NCBI GenBank assembly: GCA_905178155.1
Contig: CAJINV010000003.1
Coordinates: 455,091-519,090 of the forward strand
DNA: 64,000 nucleotides
Source of the DNA: Amoebophrya sp. A120
Lineage: Eukaryota; Protista; Dinoflagellata
Direction of reading: 5' to 3'
In this document: piece after piece, positions 37,901 through 50,034 of the stretch
Layout of the letters: the number at the start of each line of letters is the position of its first letter
How positions within the stretch are numbered: position 1 is the first letter of the stretch
Notes under the pieces: model-generated
Told to the model about the DNA's origin: nothing
The model's database searches: none
Seen by the model: the letters and a program-made list of their open reading frames with translations, nothing else
Position numbers and translations under genes: made by a program

Positions 37901-40887
37901 ACATCAGTGACGCGTTTCCGATTGGTGAGGCGCTCTCCAAGCAGTGGCTTGCGAGAAAGACAAACTCGCTGAAGAGCTTTCGCGCTGGTTCTGCTTGGGA
38001 CGATTTTGATTTCGTAGAGGACGTAGGCGCGTTTGCCAGCAAAATGACGAGCAGTCCGTCACGGGGCAGTGCAAGCCGCCGCATGACCGTCGGTACGCCC
38101 AACAGGACCAGCAGGCAACATGCGGCGTCCCCCCTGTTGCAGGCCAGCAGCGAAGACCGGGCTATTTGTACCACGCCCGGTGCTGGGGAAAATAAGTCGG
38201 ACTTAGCAGACGGCAGTTCGTGGTCTAACAGGCGCCCAAAAAGTCGAAGCTCTAGCAGCAATTCCGATTCATCCTCGCGAGGGGGACTGTTGCAAGGACG
38301 CGGGCTCTCCACCGCGGCTGCGACGTCACAATCTTTTTTTTCCCCCTCGGCCGATGGACATAGTAAAACGGCAGAACGAGACGGGCAAGAAGTTGATAGT
38401 ACAAAAACTTCGGCTGCAGGAGGGTGGAGACCGCATGCTTCCTCTGCATCTACTACTTCATCAGACATTCGGCAGCGGAAATTTCGTTGGAAAGCAAAGA
38501 CCACGGGTCAGAGTTGCGAGGACTTTTTGCTTGGCTTGTCCCATTCTCCCGCGTCCGTCTTGGAGCATTTGGATCTGGAGGGGAACGCCATCGAGGCGTT
38601 GCCCGAAACGTTCTTCGACCACCATCTTTTTGGATTGGTTTCCCTGAACCTGGCGAAGAACCTCCTCGAGCCGTACACGCTGAACGCGTTGGGAAAGTGC
38701 TTTATGGAGATGATGACCGACCCGACGAGGACCGAGGTGCTGCAAACACTGGATCTGACCAACTGCCACCAGAGTTCGTTTCCCGACCCCGTGCTGACCG
38801 TGCTGTGCCAGTCGCTGCAGCGCGACCGCGGGCTCCACACCTTGATTCTGTCCGGGAACTTTGTGACGCCGCAAAACATTCCGCAGAACTATTGTAGCGG
38901 GCCGGCGAAAGCAGACGACGAGAGCAGCGACGGGAGTGGTGCTGGGTGTGACGTCGGCGACTGGCTAGAATTCGACGACGAGCTTGACCGGCACGTCCTG
39001 AACTCCCTGACGCAGAGGCGACTGCGGACCATCCGGCCGGACGGTCGCGTTCTTTTCGAACCACACCGACAAATACCGGAAAGAACGCAGCTCATGTCTG
39101 GCGCGCTCATGTCTGGCGGTGGTGGGACAACCTCGACGTCCGCGTCGAAATTAACAAGTTCCTCGTCGAGCTTGTTCAACAGCAATTATGGAGGGAGTGC
39201 TGTGAGCGCCGGCAGAGCGACTTCGTCTTCGCCACATAAACGCGGTAGTCCAGGCGGCGGGGGTTCTACTGCTTCTACTTCCTTACTTTCCCCTCTCGTG
39301 GCTGCGGGCGCCAATCAGACGAAGTGGCAGCCGAGTCGTGCGGTCGGCGGAATGATGGACCACCACCATCAGAGCCCTGCGACAACCCGACCGGTCATGG
39401 ACTACACGGGGCCGCGCGCAACTGTTTTTGCCCTGCGCGAAGCGCTCATCTACAGTCGCACGCTGCGCATCCTCGAGCTGAGGAGCTGTCGCCTGCGGAG
39501 TCGCGACGTCGCGATCGTGTGTGCGGGCTTGCGGGTGAACCCCTTCATCACCACCGTGGATCTCGCGTACAACAAGTTTGGGCGGCACGGCGCGCAAGCG
39601 GTCGCGGGGGTCATGGAAAAGTCGCAAAAGGCGCTGGTCAAACTCGATTTGTCGGGGAACACCAAGATGGGAAGCAAAGGACTGCAGGCCATCAGCGACG
39701 CCATGCGGAACAAGAACAAATTCCTCGAGGTCTTGCTGCTGAGCGACTGCAATCTGGGGAACGCCGGGGCGGAGTTGCTCGGGCGGGTTTTGCAGGTGAA
39801 CGAGAAATTGCGGGAACTGTACCTGGCCGGGAACGAAATTTCCGCCGTGCCTGTGCTGGCGGACGCACTGCGCTACAACAACATCTCTTTGAAGAAGTTG
39901 GATTTATCGCGGAATCAACTCAAGTGCGAGGGTATTCGGGACTTGGCGGGCGCGTTGGGCGGCGTAGGAAAAGACTTCTTCAACACTTCTTCTCCGGGCA
40001 AGGGCGGTGGTGCTGCGAGGACGAAGGGCGTGTCAAAGTCTTCAGGCAGTCGAGGAACCCTCGTTGGACCGCGAGATGAATCTTCTGTCGTAGGCACTGC
40101 AGTGGCTGGCGAAAGCAAGAAATTGGTGCAACACGACCATGCTGCAGCATCGTTTCAACCAGATGCCCCGTCACCAGCGGCGGCCGAAGATGTTGTCAAC
40201 GATGTCGCTGCAGCACCACCTCAAACGAGCGATGTACCAACGACTAGTTCAGACGTAGCAGCAGGCGAAGACGCGACTGGCAGTAGCACGCTTGGTGTCT
40301 CTACTCAACTTCAACATCCATCGGAACAAGCAAATATGGCACCACCAGGGCCGTCTGAGGAGGTTGTAGAGCAGCCTCAGGAGCCGACGGGGAATGCCGG
40401 CACCACTGGTACAACTAGCGCTGAGGTGGGCGAGATGAAGATGTTGACTGGCAAGGATTTATTCGTCTCGCCCCCAGACGATCAAGATCAAAACGACATC
40501 AACATCATCAGCGAAAACGAGGCTACTTTCGAAATGGACCAGGAGTTTCTGCCCGAAGTGCCGCTCTCCTCCGGCGATTGCTTGTGGGTCGAGGCCGCTC
40601 CGTGTTGTCGCGTCACGCATTTGTGGCTGGGTAAAAATGGTATTCGAGACGACGGAGCGTCAGTCTTGGCACAGTGTCTCTCCTCTGACTTCGTGCAGTC
40701 CGTTTCCCTCGAGGTTTTAGGCCTGAGCGACAACAACATCGCGAACGATGGGGCGGTAGCCTTCGCGTCCCGACTCGAGCACGCGAAGGGGCTACGCACA
40801 CTGGATCTGTCGGGGAACGAATACTTCGGTCCCGAAGTCATCCACGACCTGACTAATCACGAGCTGCAGTGTCGAGTCATTTTGTAG
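34926..40887 (+). CDS. Ribonuclease-inhibitor-type leucine-rich repeat protein (NLRC3/RanGAP-like repeats, no NACHT seen)
   Basis: Many LxxLxLxxNxI/L repeats (LQLLDLSNNEL, LTELRLNCNEI, LRELYLAGNEI, LKKLDLSRNQL, LEVLGLSDNNI) in a 1915-codon ORF. A probable micro-exon 34926-34943 (MNAKRK) joins through GT-AG intron 34944-35127. Confidence 0.85.
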
Positions 40888-41544
40888 GTCGGCTTAGCTT
40901 CATTCCTTTTAGCTCATGCTCTAGTCTTCTGTCGCTTTCTTACAAAGTTTTTCAATTATCTTCGCCTGCTCACGACCAACTTGAGACGAGAAGACATGGA
41001 TTTTCCTTTCAAATTTAATTTTGCGTCTGCCACGTCCAGAAAAGCTATACGCAGAAGCAACTGTGATTGTGATGAGTTCCTAGAATATACGAATCTCAAT
41101 CTTGAAGAAGATATGACCATGATGCAAAGAAGATGGACTTGGACCTCCAGGTTATTTTTGCTTATCATGAACTTGCACTTGTTGAACAACAGGATGACGC
41201 TCGCATACCGATACGGATAGCCATAGTGGCCAAACCGGAACCTCCAAAACCTCATCGGGACCCGGAACTACGTTATTGTTCACAGGATACAACATGACTT
41301 TAAGTTGATCTAGCTCTTTTCAATTTCAGGTCGTGTTGTGTTGAAAGTTTACGCTCAGGGGATTTTTTGCTTTTTAACCTTTTTCGATTGAATGTGGAAC
41401 AGGTGAAAGAAGTACAACTTCTACGAGTGACTATGACAAACAAATACGCCTCCTAGTAATTGCAATCAAAAACAAGTTGAAATTATCTCGGCACTGGCTT
41501 CTCATAAAGTTAAAGAAAAAGGAGCTACAACAAGACTAGACTCC

Positions 41545-44500
41545 ATGGCAGCGGCCTCGTCGATAGCCCGGAGCCTTCAAGGAGCCACAGTGTCGTCCCT
41601 AGCGGAGTACTATTCCGAGGTAGTGGAAGCTTCGACCCCACGGCACGATGGCATCTCTTTTGAGAGTCGACAGTGGATCGCAGAGCTGTTTTCAGACTTT
41701 CTGGGCGGGGACGATGTTGGTCGCGAGGACACGAAAGTCTTTGCCAGAATATTGGCGCATCTATGTGTACTGCACCGATACACGTGGCAGCAGGTGCTGA
41801 ATCTAGCTCGACGGACGTTATTCATCAAGTGTGCGCGGTCGCGGAGCAGCAAGAGGCACAGCGGCAACGGGGCTGACCAAAATAACGGAGAATTGGTCTT
41901 ACGCGAAGCCGCACGACAAGGGAAGAACCTGCTCGCGACTACCTTGCCCGGCGATGAAGAAGCTGCTAGTGCATCGGGAAAAGAAATGATGCAACGCCGA
42001 CTGGAGCAGCTGAAGGAAAGAATTCCTGCTCTATTTCCGTCTTTCAACGAACGGGCAGTGGTGCTGCCAACTTCTACTGCGTCTGCGATATCAAGGTCGT
42101 CCTCTCAGGTGATGAGACACGGAGGAACGAGGTCCCTTGGCGTGATAACTGACGGCGTGGAATTGCCATCTGTAACTGAAGGGTTGAGTGGAGCTCCGCC
42201 GGCGAAGGAGGCACGACCCGAACAACAGCCCCTCAGCTTAGAAGCCCAGGCAGAGAAGATTGCCATAGGATTCGCTGGAATTTTCTCGATGGAAAAAACT
42301 AAAAAGCAAAAGGCCCCGAAAAAGGTGGAAAATAAAGCCGCTTCATCCACTTCAACTGCAGAGCAGCGCTTCGTAACTGCGGACGGAATTTTGGTTGTGC
42401 AAAAGGGCACGAAGCGGAGTCACAAAGCTGCGAGCAAAGCGGAAGGTGGTAAGGCTAAGGCCTCGTCACTCGCGAACGCTCTGAGTGGAGGTTCTGCGTC
42501 CGGGCGAAAGCTCGGTGGTGCTGAGCGACCTCCAGCAGGATCTTCAGCCCTTATTGCGGCCCCACTACCGCAGTCATCTTCCCTCAGACCGTACCAGGAA
42601 GAAGCCGTCGCCGCTGTGCTGGGAAGGAAAGATTTGCAGATGGCCTGCGTCGTTATGCCTTGTGGAGCCGGCAAAACGCTGGTCGGTTTCGAGGTGTGCC
42701 GCCGTCTTTTGGCTGCTGAACAAGAACTACACGCGGCTGTAGCGACAAGGTCCAACATAGGACGCAGTCGGCCCCCCGACGCCATTGTACTGAGTGCCCG
42801 GCACGCATCGGTGATTCAGTGGCGGAAGCAGTGTTCCGCAATCCCTGCAAATGCGGGACGCCGGATTGTGTGCATGACGTACGCAAAAGCGTTGGTGGAA
42901 TGGGCAAAGCCTGACCATGGGATCTTTGGCGAAGGCGCAGCAGGAGCTTCGCAGGGGAGCGGTGCGCCTGCGGCATCACTGCAACAGGCTAAAGCACCAA
43001 GACCAGGCTCAAGCACGACTCCGCAGGTGAAGAATTCTCGAGCTCCAGAGGTAATCGAACTGAGCGACAGCAGCTCCGACGACCGGCCAGTGAGAAAGGA
43101 ACGAAAATTGGAGGACGTCCAGCCTTCTAGTGGTAATGCGGCTGCGTCGTCCACGGCCTCACAGGCCGGCCAGTCGTCGAGCAGCGCGCTGCTCCCAGCT
43201 TCAACCGCCTCCGCAGCCTCCAAGGATCACCCACCGCCGTCCGCACTCCGTGTGGTAATTTTGGACGAGTGTCACATCGCACCGGCACAGCAGGTAGGTC
43301 AGTTCCTGAAGGAACTGCGTACCAAAAACCAGGGCCTCAAGATTTTGAGTCTCACGGCCACTCTGCTGCGCGAGTCTGTGGGCTTTCGGAACTATCACAT
43401 GTCTTCGCCAGACAGCGAGGCTGGGGGTGGTCGCGCCAAGGACGCCACAACATCAAATGCAGCTGAAATTGAAAACAAGAACAAAAGCTGGCTGACAAGT
43501 CCGAGCTCTTCAGCTCCTTCATCTTCCTCACAAAGCCGAAGCCCCCTACTTGACGAGGAAGATAACGACGATTTGATGGACGGTGCAGTCGGAATCGAAG
43601 ATCTGGAGCGTGCAGCTGCAGCGAAACCGCCCCGCAGTAAGATGATAAAAAAACGGCAGAAAAAATCGAAGACGAACAAAGATCCGTGGCGCAACGTGGT
43701 TGGTGAGGTGGTACACGCGGTCGACTCGGAAACGCTGATAGCGCAGGGGTTTCTCATGCCCGTTGAATGCATCCAACTCGATGTCGCCTTGGAGGTGTCC
43801 ACTGCTGGAAATAGAGAAGAACTACAACTACCTCAAGAACCGCCACGACCTCAAGCACCCGCTACGTCCTCTGCGAGTACAACCATGACCACCAGTCTTT
43901 TCGATTCCAGTGCGGATCACCGAAAAATCCTGGCCCTCGAAGGTCTGCTCCTCCTGCACCAGAATGATGTGGTGCTGGTGTTGTGCGAGTCCCGCGAGCT
44001 GTATCCAGGAAAAAACACCCATCCCCATCCAACTTGTAATGCAAAACAGGCATAAATGCCTTTGTTTGTCATGCAAAAAATGGATGGGGATGGGTGTTTT
44101 TTCCTGGATAGGCTGGCGCGGCGGATCTCCATCGTCTTCGGCATTTGCTGCTTGGACGGGAGCGTGCCGAAGTCGACCCAGGACAAGGTGCTGGAGCAGT
44201 TCCGGGAAGGCAAAATCCGAGCCATCGTTGCGGTTCACTTGCTGGACGAATCCTGCGACGTACCCAATTTGGAGGTGGTCATCCAGCTCAGCGGATTTTT
44301 CGGCTCGCGACGGCAGCAGCAGCAGCGGATCGGACGCCTCCGCCGGATTACGCCGAAAAAACTCGACCGGCTAAGAAACCACATAGAAACCGAATCCCGT
44401 CGTCCGGACGTGCAGGAGCTCCCTGAGGGCGCTACTAGGGCAGCGGCCTCATCTTCAACTACGCCTGCGGCTGTTTTACTATCGTCCTCGAGCTCCTCCT

Positions 44501-45375
44501 CCTCGAGCAGCTCTTCGCGGCCAGCACTTCTCAAGCTCCACGTCGCGAAGAACAACGAGACAAATCCATCACCTCCTTCATCGCCACCTGCTCAACACAC
44601 CTTGTTCCGGGGCTTGCGCGAGCCGCGCTTCTATGTGCTTGTGGACTCGAAGAGCGCGACACGCGAATACCAGGACATGCTGTATCGGCAACAGACGCTA
44701 AATTACAGTGTGTGGGACTGGACCAGGTGGAAGGCGGAAACGCACTTTCACAGCTTGTTTGACAAAGACAGTGTCAACAATGTTAGTGCTCACAACGATC
44801 ATGAACCTCAAGAACCTTTGACTTTGTCCAACGGCGCTGCGGAACAAGAGCAGCTGAAGCAAACACTATCCCCTGTAATATCGCAGCTGCGCCCACCCGG
44901 ATTTTCTGCCTTGGAAGTGCTTGGAGAGGAAGTTTTTGATCTACGAGTTCATGACTTTACAACAAATAACCGAGCCACTGGTACTCTTCTTGGAGGAACT
45001 CTCTTTTCATCGTCTAACCACCGAGGGTTCTTATCCGCGAACCAGGAGCACACGTTATCTTCCTCGTCTTCTCTCTTCGGAGACTATTTGGCCGAGGGCG
45101 CAGCGTCGCGGCAACGGGATTTGTTTTCTTCCGGTATGGTCGTCAGTACAACCGGTGACGATCGTGCGCGTCGTGGAAATGATCATGGTGGAAATTATAA
45201 CATGGGAAAGCCGGCCCCTTCTGCAATGGCTTCTGCCGACGTCGATGTTGATCATGTGTCACTCAGTTCATCCTCCGACTCATCTTCTAGTAGCTCCTCC
45301 TCGAGTAGAGCGAAGCAGAAACGGGACGACAAGAACACTTCTGACTCTCAGTTCACCTCCGACTCTGAAGTTTAG
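41545..45375 (+). CDS. Divergent XPB/Rad25/ERCC3-like superfamily 2 DNA helicase, split by an introner
   Basis: Q-motif LRPYQEEAV, Walker A VMPCGAGKT, motif II ILDECH, motif III LTATLLRE, motif V region LDESCDVPNLEVVIQLS and motif VI GSRRQQQQRIGRLRR (XPB consensus GSRRQEAQRLGR). The two same-frame ORFs fuse when the 44002-44110 element is removed. Confidence 0.85.
44002..44110. mobile_element. Introner A: MITE-like intron, 30-bp perfect TIR
   Basis: tatccaggaaaaaacacccatccccatcca (44002-44031) is the exact reverse complement of 44081-44110. Flanks are AGCTG and GGCTG. It contains an in-frame TAA at 44053. Confidence 0.92.
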
Positions 45376-46174
45376 AAGCTTACATCGTTCAAGTTAGAAG
45401 CATTTTGCGCATCTTCTCTATCTCCGTGCTAGTTGTAGCCGGCACCGGCACGGCGTGCTGTTGCGAAAGTTTTTTTTTCGGTAAAGAAGATGTTGAGTAC
45501 AAAACTGCGAGTTCCTTATGAACGTTCCTCGGCAGATCCTACAAATAAGAGTGAAGCAAGACGTGGACGACGATCCGAAAGTTTTACTGCTGCACCCCTT
45601 GGTGATGAGATCGTCTTGAAAATAGCGCCATACCACGCATTCCATCGAAAACCAAAAGCACGGCTGCTGTGAGATACAAGATCATCGAGTTCAAAATGCG
45701 GTCGTCACTGCTCCTCCAGGTTGGCCGATGGACAGGCTCTGCAAAATCTACTTGATCATGAGCACTTCCTCTCTGCAATAGCAACAACGATCGTACCCGC
45801 CTTCGGAGCCGTGTGGAGGTTCGACGGCGATCAAAGTCATAATTCGATCAACAAAAGAACGCAACTACAAGATCAAGTTCAAGATCGTCTGATGTACAAA
45901 AGAAAAAGATAATGCTGAAGAACTTCTGGTCATACATTCGGTAAAAGAAGGCACTCAGGATTCCATTTCTTCCAGGTTCGTGTCGTGCTCACCTCACCAC
46001 AGCATAAGTAGGATTTTCTATAGGAAGTGTACCTACATCAACGGTTGTATTTGTATACCTTCATCTTGCACCCGAAATTTTTTTTCCTTCATTTCCACTT
46101 TCTCTTTCACGGGCTCGCTTTTTAACTACACCGAATAGCATTTTCGTTCATTGCATAAGTTTAAGTACTAGAAA

Positions 46175-48094
46175 ATGGAGCTTTTCGGATTGAATTTGGC
46201 GAAACAGGAGTCCTTTACGGTTGACCTGGATGTCTCCTGCTTGTGGTTGAAGAAAGCCTGCCTCGTCGGCGGAGAGAAGGCGCGAGTGTATTCTTTTTAT
46301 CACTAGCAATTTTTAGATCGGAACGAGTAGCCGTAGGCGTAGCCGTTGCGCTCGTCTTTGCATGATGCTCATGCATTAATATCTCCTTCGCCTTCCACCT
46401 CACGTTCTACGTGCCATTGGGCATTGATTTCAAAAAAAATAGGTGAACATCCGAGTTGTAGTTGGATCTTCTTTTCTTTTCGGACCAAAAGCAAGAAAAC
46501 CAAAAGAACGTTAACGTATAAGGACTCGCTGAAGAAATCGTATCGAATTTTGAAAAACTCACAGGTTCGTTTCGTGTGACAAGGAAGGAAACGGCGAATT
46601 TGGGGAAAAATTCTGCATCGCAGTGCTCACCGAAAACAGAAACCCGGAATCCAGCTTGGACCTGAAATTCGATTCGGAATGCGTGAAGTTCACGTGCGAA
46701 GGCGATGGAAAGGTCAGCCTGATCGGTCAGAAGCAAAGCTTCCTGGGGGCCGACTCGGACTCAGAACAAGCAATTGAACAAGCCACAAGAGCTGATGCGG
46801 CTGCGCCAACAACCGCTACTTCTTCACTGGCCAAGAAGGGTTATTTCCCTGGCCAAGATCCTGATTCACTGGCCAAAGCTTTCCCAGATGCAGACCAGGC
46901 TGCTTTACGAGAGTTCGTAAGATACTGGGACGAGGAGGAGGAAGAGGAGTGCAGCATTGACTCCTCATGCCCGGAAATGGAGGACGTCGGCGCTCCAGCC
47001 GCGAAGAAGCAGAAAATTGACCCGATTGATGACAAGAAAGCGTTAGAGAAGTCCACCATTTCGAAGTCGACCGAGGCCGTGCAGCAAGCTGCCAAAACCG
47101 TGAAGGAGCAGAAGGACGACTTGGACGTCCGTACGAAGCTGATCCAAGAGAAGCGACAAACCGAAATCTTGGAGAAAAAGATGAAGAAGCGGGAGGAGGA
47201 GCGAAAACAGTCGTCGCTGAAGTTGCAGGAGCAGGCAAAGCAGGAAATGGAGAAAATCAAGCAGCAGGAGGAGAAAGTAAAGCAGCTTCGGGCTGAGCAA
47301 GAGGCGGCCCAGCAAAAGAAACAGGCGGAAATCAAACGATTACAGGAGCAGAAGAAGCAGCAGGAAGAGAAGAACCAAGGAGGCTTGATGGTAATGTGCC
47401 TATGATTGCGTCAAGTACATAACCTTAAAAACCGTTGACATTTACGAGTTGACGAACAAGAACGTGCACTGCAGCATCACGAGTAGTTGTTCCACAATGG
47501 CTAAATCTTCCATTTCTCGCACTGCATCAAAAACAAAAAGAAACTGAAGCTAAAGCATAAAACCGAAACTGAATTTAGAGCGTGTATTGCATCATGCATG
47601 ATGTAGTTGCTGGATTCCTCTATCTAACAGGCTCCGATCAAGAAGCAGTTGGCTGGCGGTCTCAAGGTCGAGATCTACAAGCAAGGGAACGGAGCACAAG
47701 CCAAGCCGGGACGCAAAGTTAGAGTTGCCTACGACGGGCGCCTTGCGAGCAACGGAAAACGGTATATAGTTTCAATGAAGCTGTTGACGTCCTCATATTT
47801 TATGTAAATGACAAGGCTACACTTGACTACTCGTTCGGAAACGGAAACCTATTAATAGCTTTCATCTCGCTTTCGCGTATCACCTACAGGTTCGACAAGG
47901 GCGTGATTACGTTCAAGCTTGGCATGGGAGAGGTCATCTCCGGCTGGGACCAGGGCGTCAAGGACATGAAAGTCGGCGAGAAGCGTAAATTACTCATCCC
48001 GGCCCACCTGGGTTACGGCGCCCGTGGAAGCCCGCCGCAGATCCCGCGGAACGCGGCCCTGGTTTTCGACGTCGAGCTCAAGCAAATCATGTAA
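46175..48094 (+). CDS. Nucleoplasmin-like domain / FKBP peptidyl-prolyl isomerase (Fpr3/Fpr4/FKBP53-type histone chaperone)
   Basis: The N-terminus is NPL-like (MELFGLNL...LKKACL|...[25 protein letters not shown]), followed by an acidic/basic linker. The C-terminal FKBP domain reads [14 protein letters not shown]|RFD...[36 protein letters not shown]...[13 protein letters not shown]. Introns are GT-AG (46288-46564, about 47391-47630, about 47762-47889). Confidence 0.9.
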
Positions 48095-50034
48095 AAGTGA
48101 ACAGCACGGTCCGGGTCGAGACGCAGCTCGAGCTTGTGAGCTTTCGGGCTGCGTCTCTGATTATAGTTCATGCTTTTTAATGACGGAGACGCTGCAGCTG
48201 CACAGCACATGCATAGTTAGTATTCCAGCGCTTTAAGTACTACGACGCACCCTCTTGTTCCGTGGTCCATATTCATCTTTCTTTCTAGAAAATGCGAAGA
48301 TGGGGACGACGTCCTCTCGTAAAGAGTTCAAACGAAAAGATGACAGCCATGAAATTCTTGTTGTTTGCGCGCAACAAAAATATTGACGGCAACAGCCAAC
48401 AAATACGATGAAATGGCGTTGCGGTTGCTAGCAAGCTTGTTTGCAAAGGCACTGCAGGACGGGCAAGCCTCGTCCGGTGATGCCGGTGTTCAAAGACAAT
48501 GACTTTTTGGTAGTTTTGCACTATATGCAAATACGTACTTACAACGACAATCAATCTCAATCACTAGGATAGGTAGTTCTAGTTGTCTTTGTCAAGAAGG
48601 ACTTGTTTGACTTTCCGTCACGTCGTCGTGCTGAAGAATCAGTCGAGAGCTCGATCGAGTCGAGGACCAAGATCTTCACATCAGTGTCGCTTGTGCTGTG
48701 CTTTTGCTTGCTTGAGGTCCTCGTAGAGTTGTTCGTAATATTTTGAGTTGGCGAAAGTAGTGTATGAGCTTTCTTGCGTCGCGTGTGTGGGATCCGAGTC
48801 AAAGAACGTAGACTGAGTTGTAGGCGACAATTTTTTGGTGCTCGAGCTCGACAGATTTCGTTGCTACGACAGGAAACACGACTTCCATCGCCTCTTTTGA
48901 CTTTTTTGTAAAAAAATGCTTGGCTTTCCGTCTGTGGTCTATGCTTGCCTCATTGAACCTGTAGATGTTTTTTGCATTTCGTTGCACCTACATCTTTCAC
49001 GACTGTATTCCATTTTGACAATTTTGATTTTGCTGTTAGTAGAAGTGCTTGTTCTGTTGGTAGCTTCGTCACCAACACTTATTGTAGCATAATTGGCGTA
49101 GTTGTAGAGCTTTTCCTTTACTCTCAGTGTGTCTACAACGTGGCTAAGTAACGAGCAGTAGAAGCGATAGAAGCGAATATACGAAACGATCTTTTACTTG
49201 GTTTCGGTCGGTCTCCGTGAATAAAGACAACCACAGCCAGTTACGTCGCACCGCGTCAGTATTCACTCAGAAAGCGAAGATCTTTTCGCCTTGGAGAAGA
49301 ATTTTTCAAAATATTAACATTCAAATATCAATATTCGAATTTTAGTCTAGGTAGACAACGAACTGTGACAGCGACTGGCGGCATTTCACTATCACTGGCA
49401 CTAGTTGTGGAAAGCAGTGCTTTGTCGTTGTGCGTATTCCATTGAGCGGTCTTATTTTCAGGCCGTGTGGATGCTGTGTTACAGAATATCAAAGTTGCGT
49501 TCGTATTTTGTCGTGCTATTCTTGTTTGTGCACGGTTTTTACGGTACAACCGGTTTGTCGACGCCTTCCTAGTTCTGCAGCGAATTTGACTTTGCCATTG
49601 CCTCCTCAACGTCCTCTGGAAGCAAACGCCGGACGTGTTGGGAATTCGGCATGCCGCGACGAGTGTGAGGAGAGACCATCTCGCTCTTGCCGAAGAGGAA
49701 CGTCCCTGGACCACCGGTTGAGGTTGCGTCAGTGAACAGGTACAACACGCAGAAGACGGAAGAAGACCTTTCGTCGCCTCCTCTTTCGTCCTCGGGTCAG
49801 AAAGATACAACAGACGAGCAGGAGAGGCCTACCAGCCACAAGGGCCAAGCACTGAAATAAAGAAACCACCGCGCCATTCTCATTCTCGAGTGAGCCGTCA
49901 CTTCGTAGCGGACTTTTACTTGATCTCAGCGTTAGCCAATAGCCTATTGAAGAGCCACCTCCTGCACCTAGCTTTGCGAGGAGACTTCTTCGGTGGAAAT
50001 CGTAATAGAATAACACTACATAAGCAAGACCAAG

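Noticed and set aside
44056-45375. Separate 439-aa gene starting at ATG 44056
   Set aside because: The ATG lies inside introner A, and the ORF is the C-terminal lobe of the upstream helicase.
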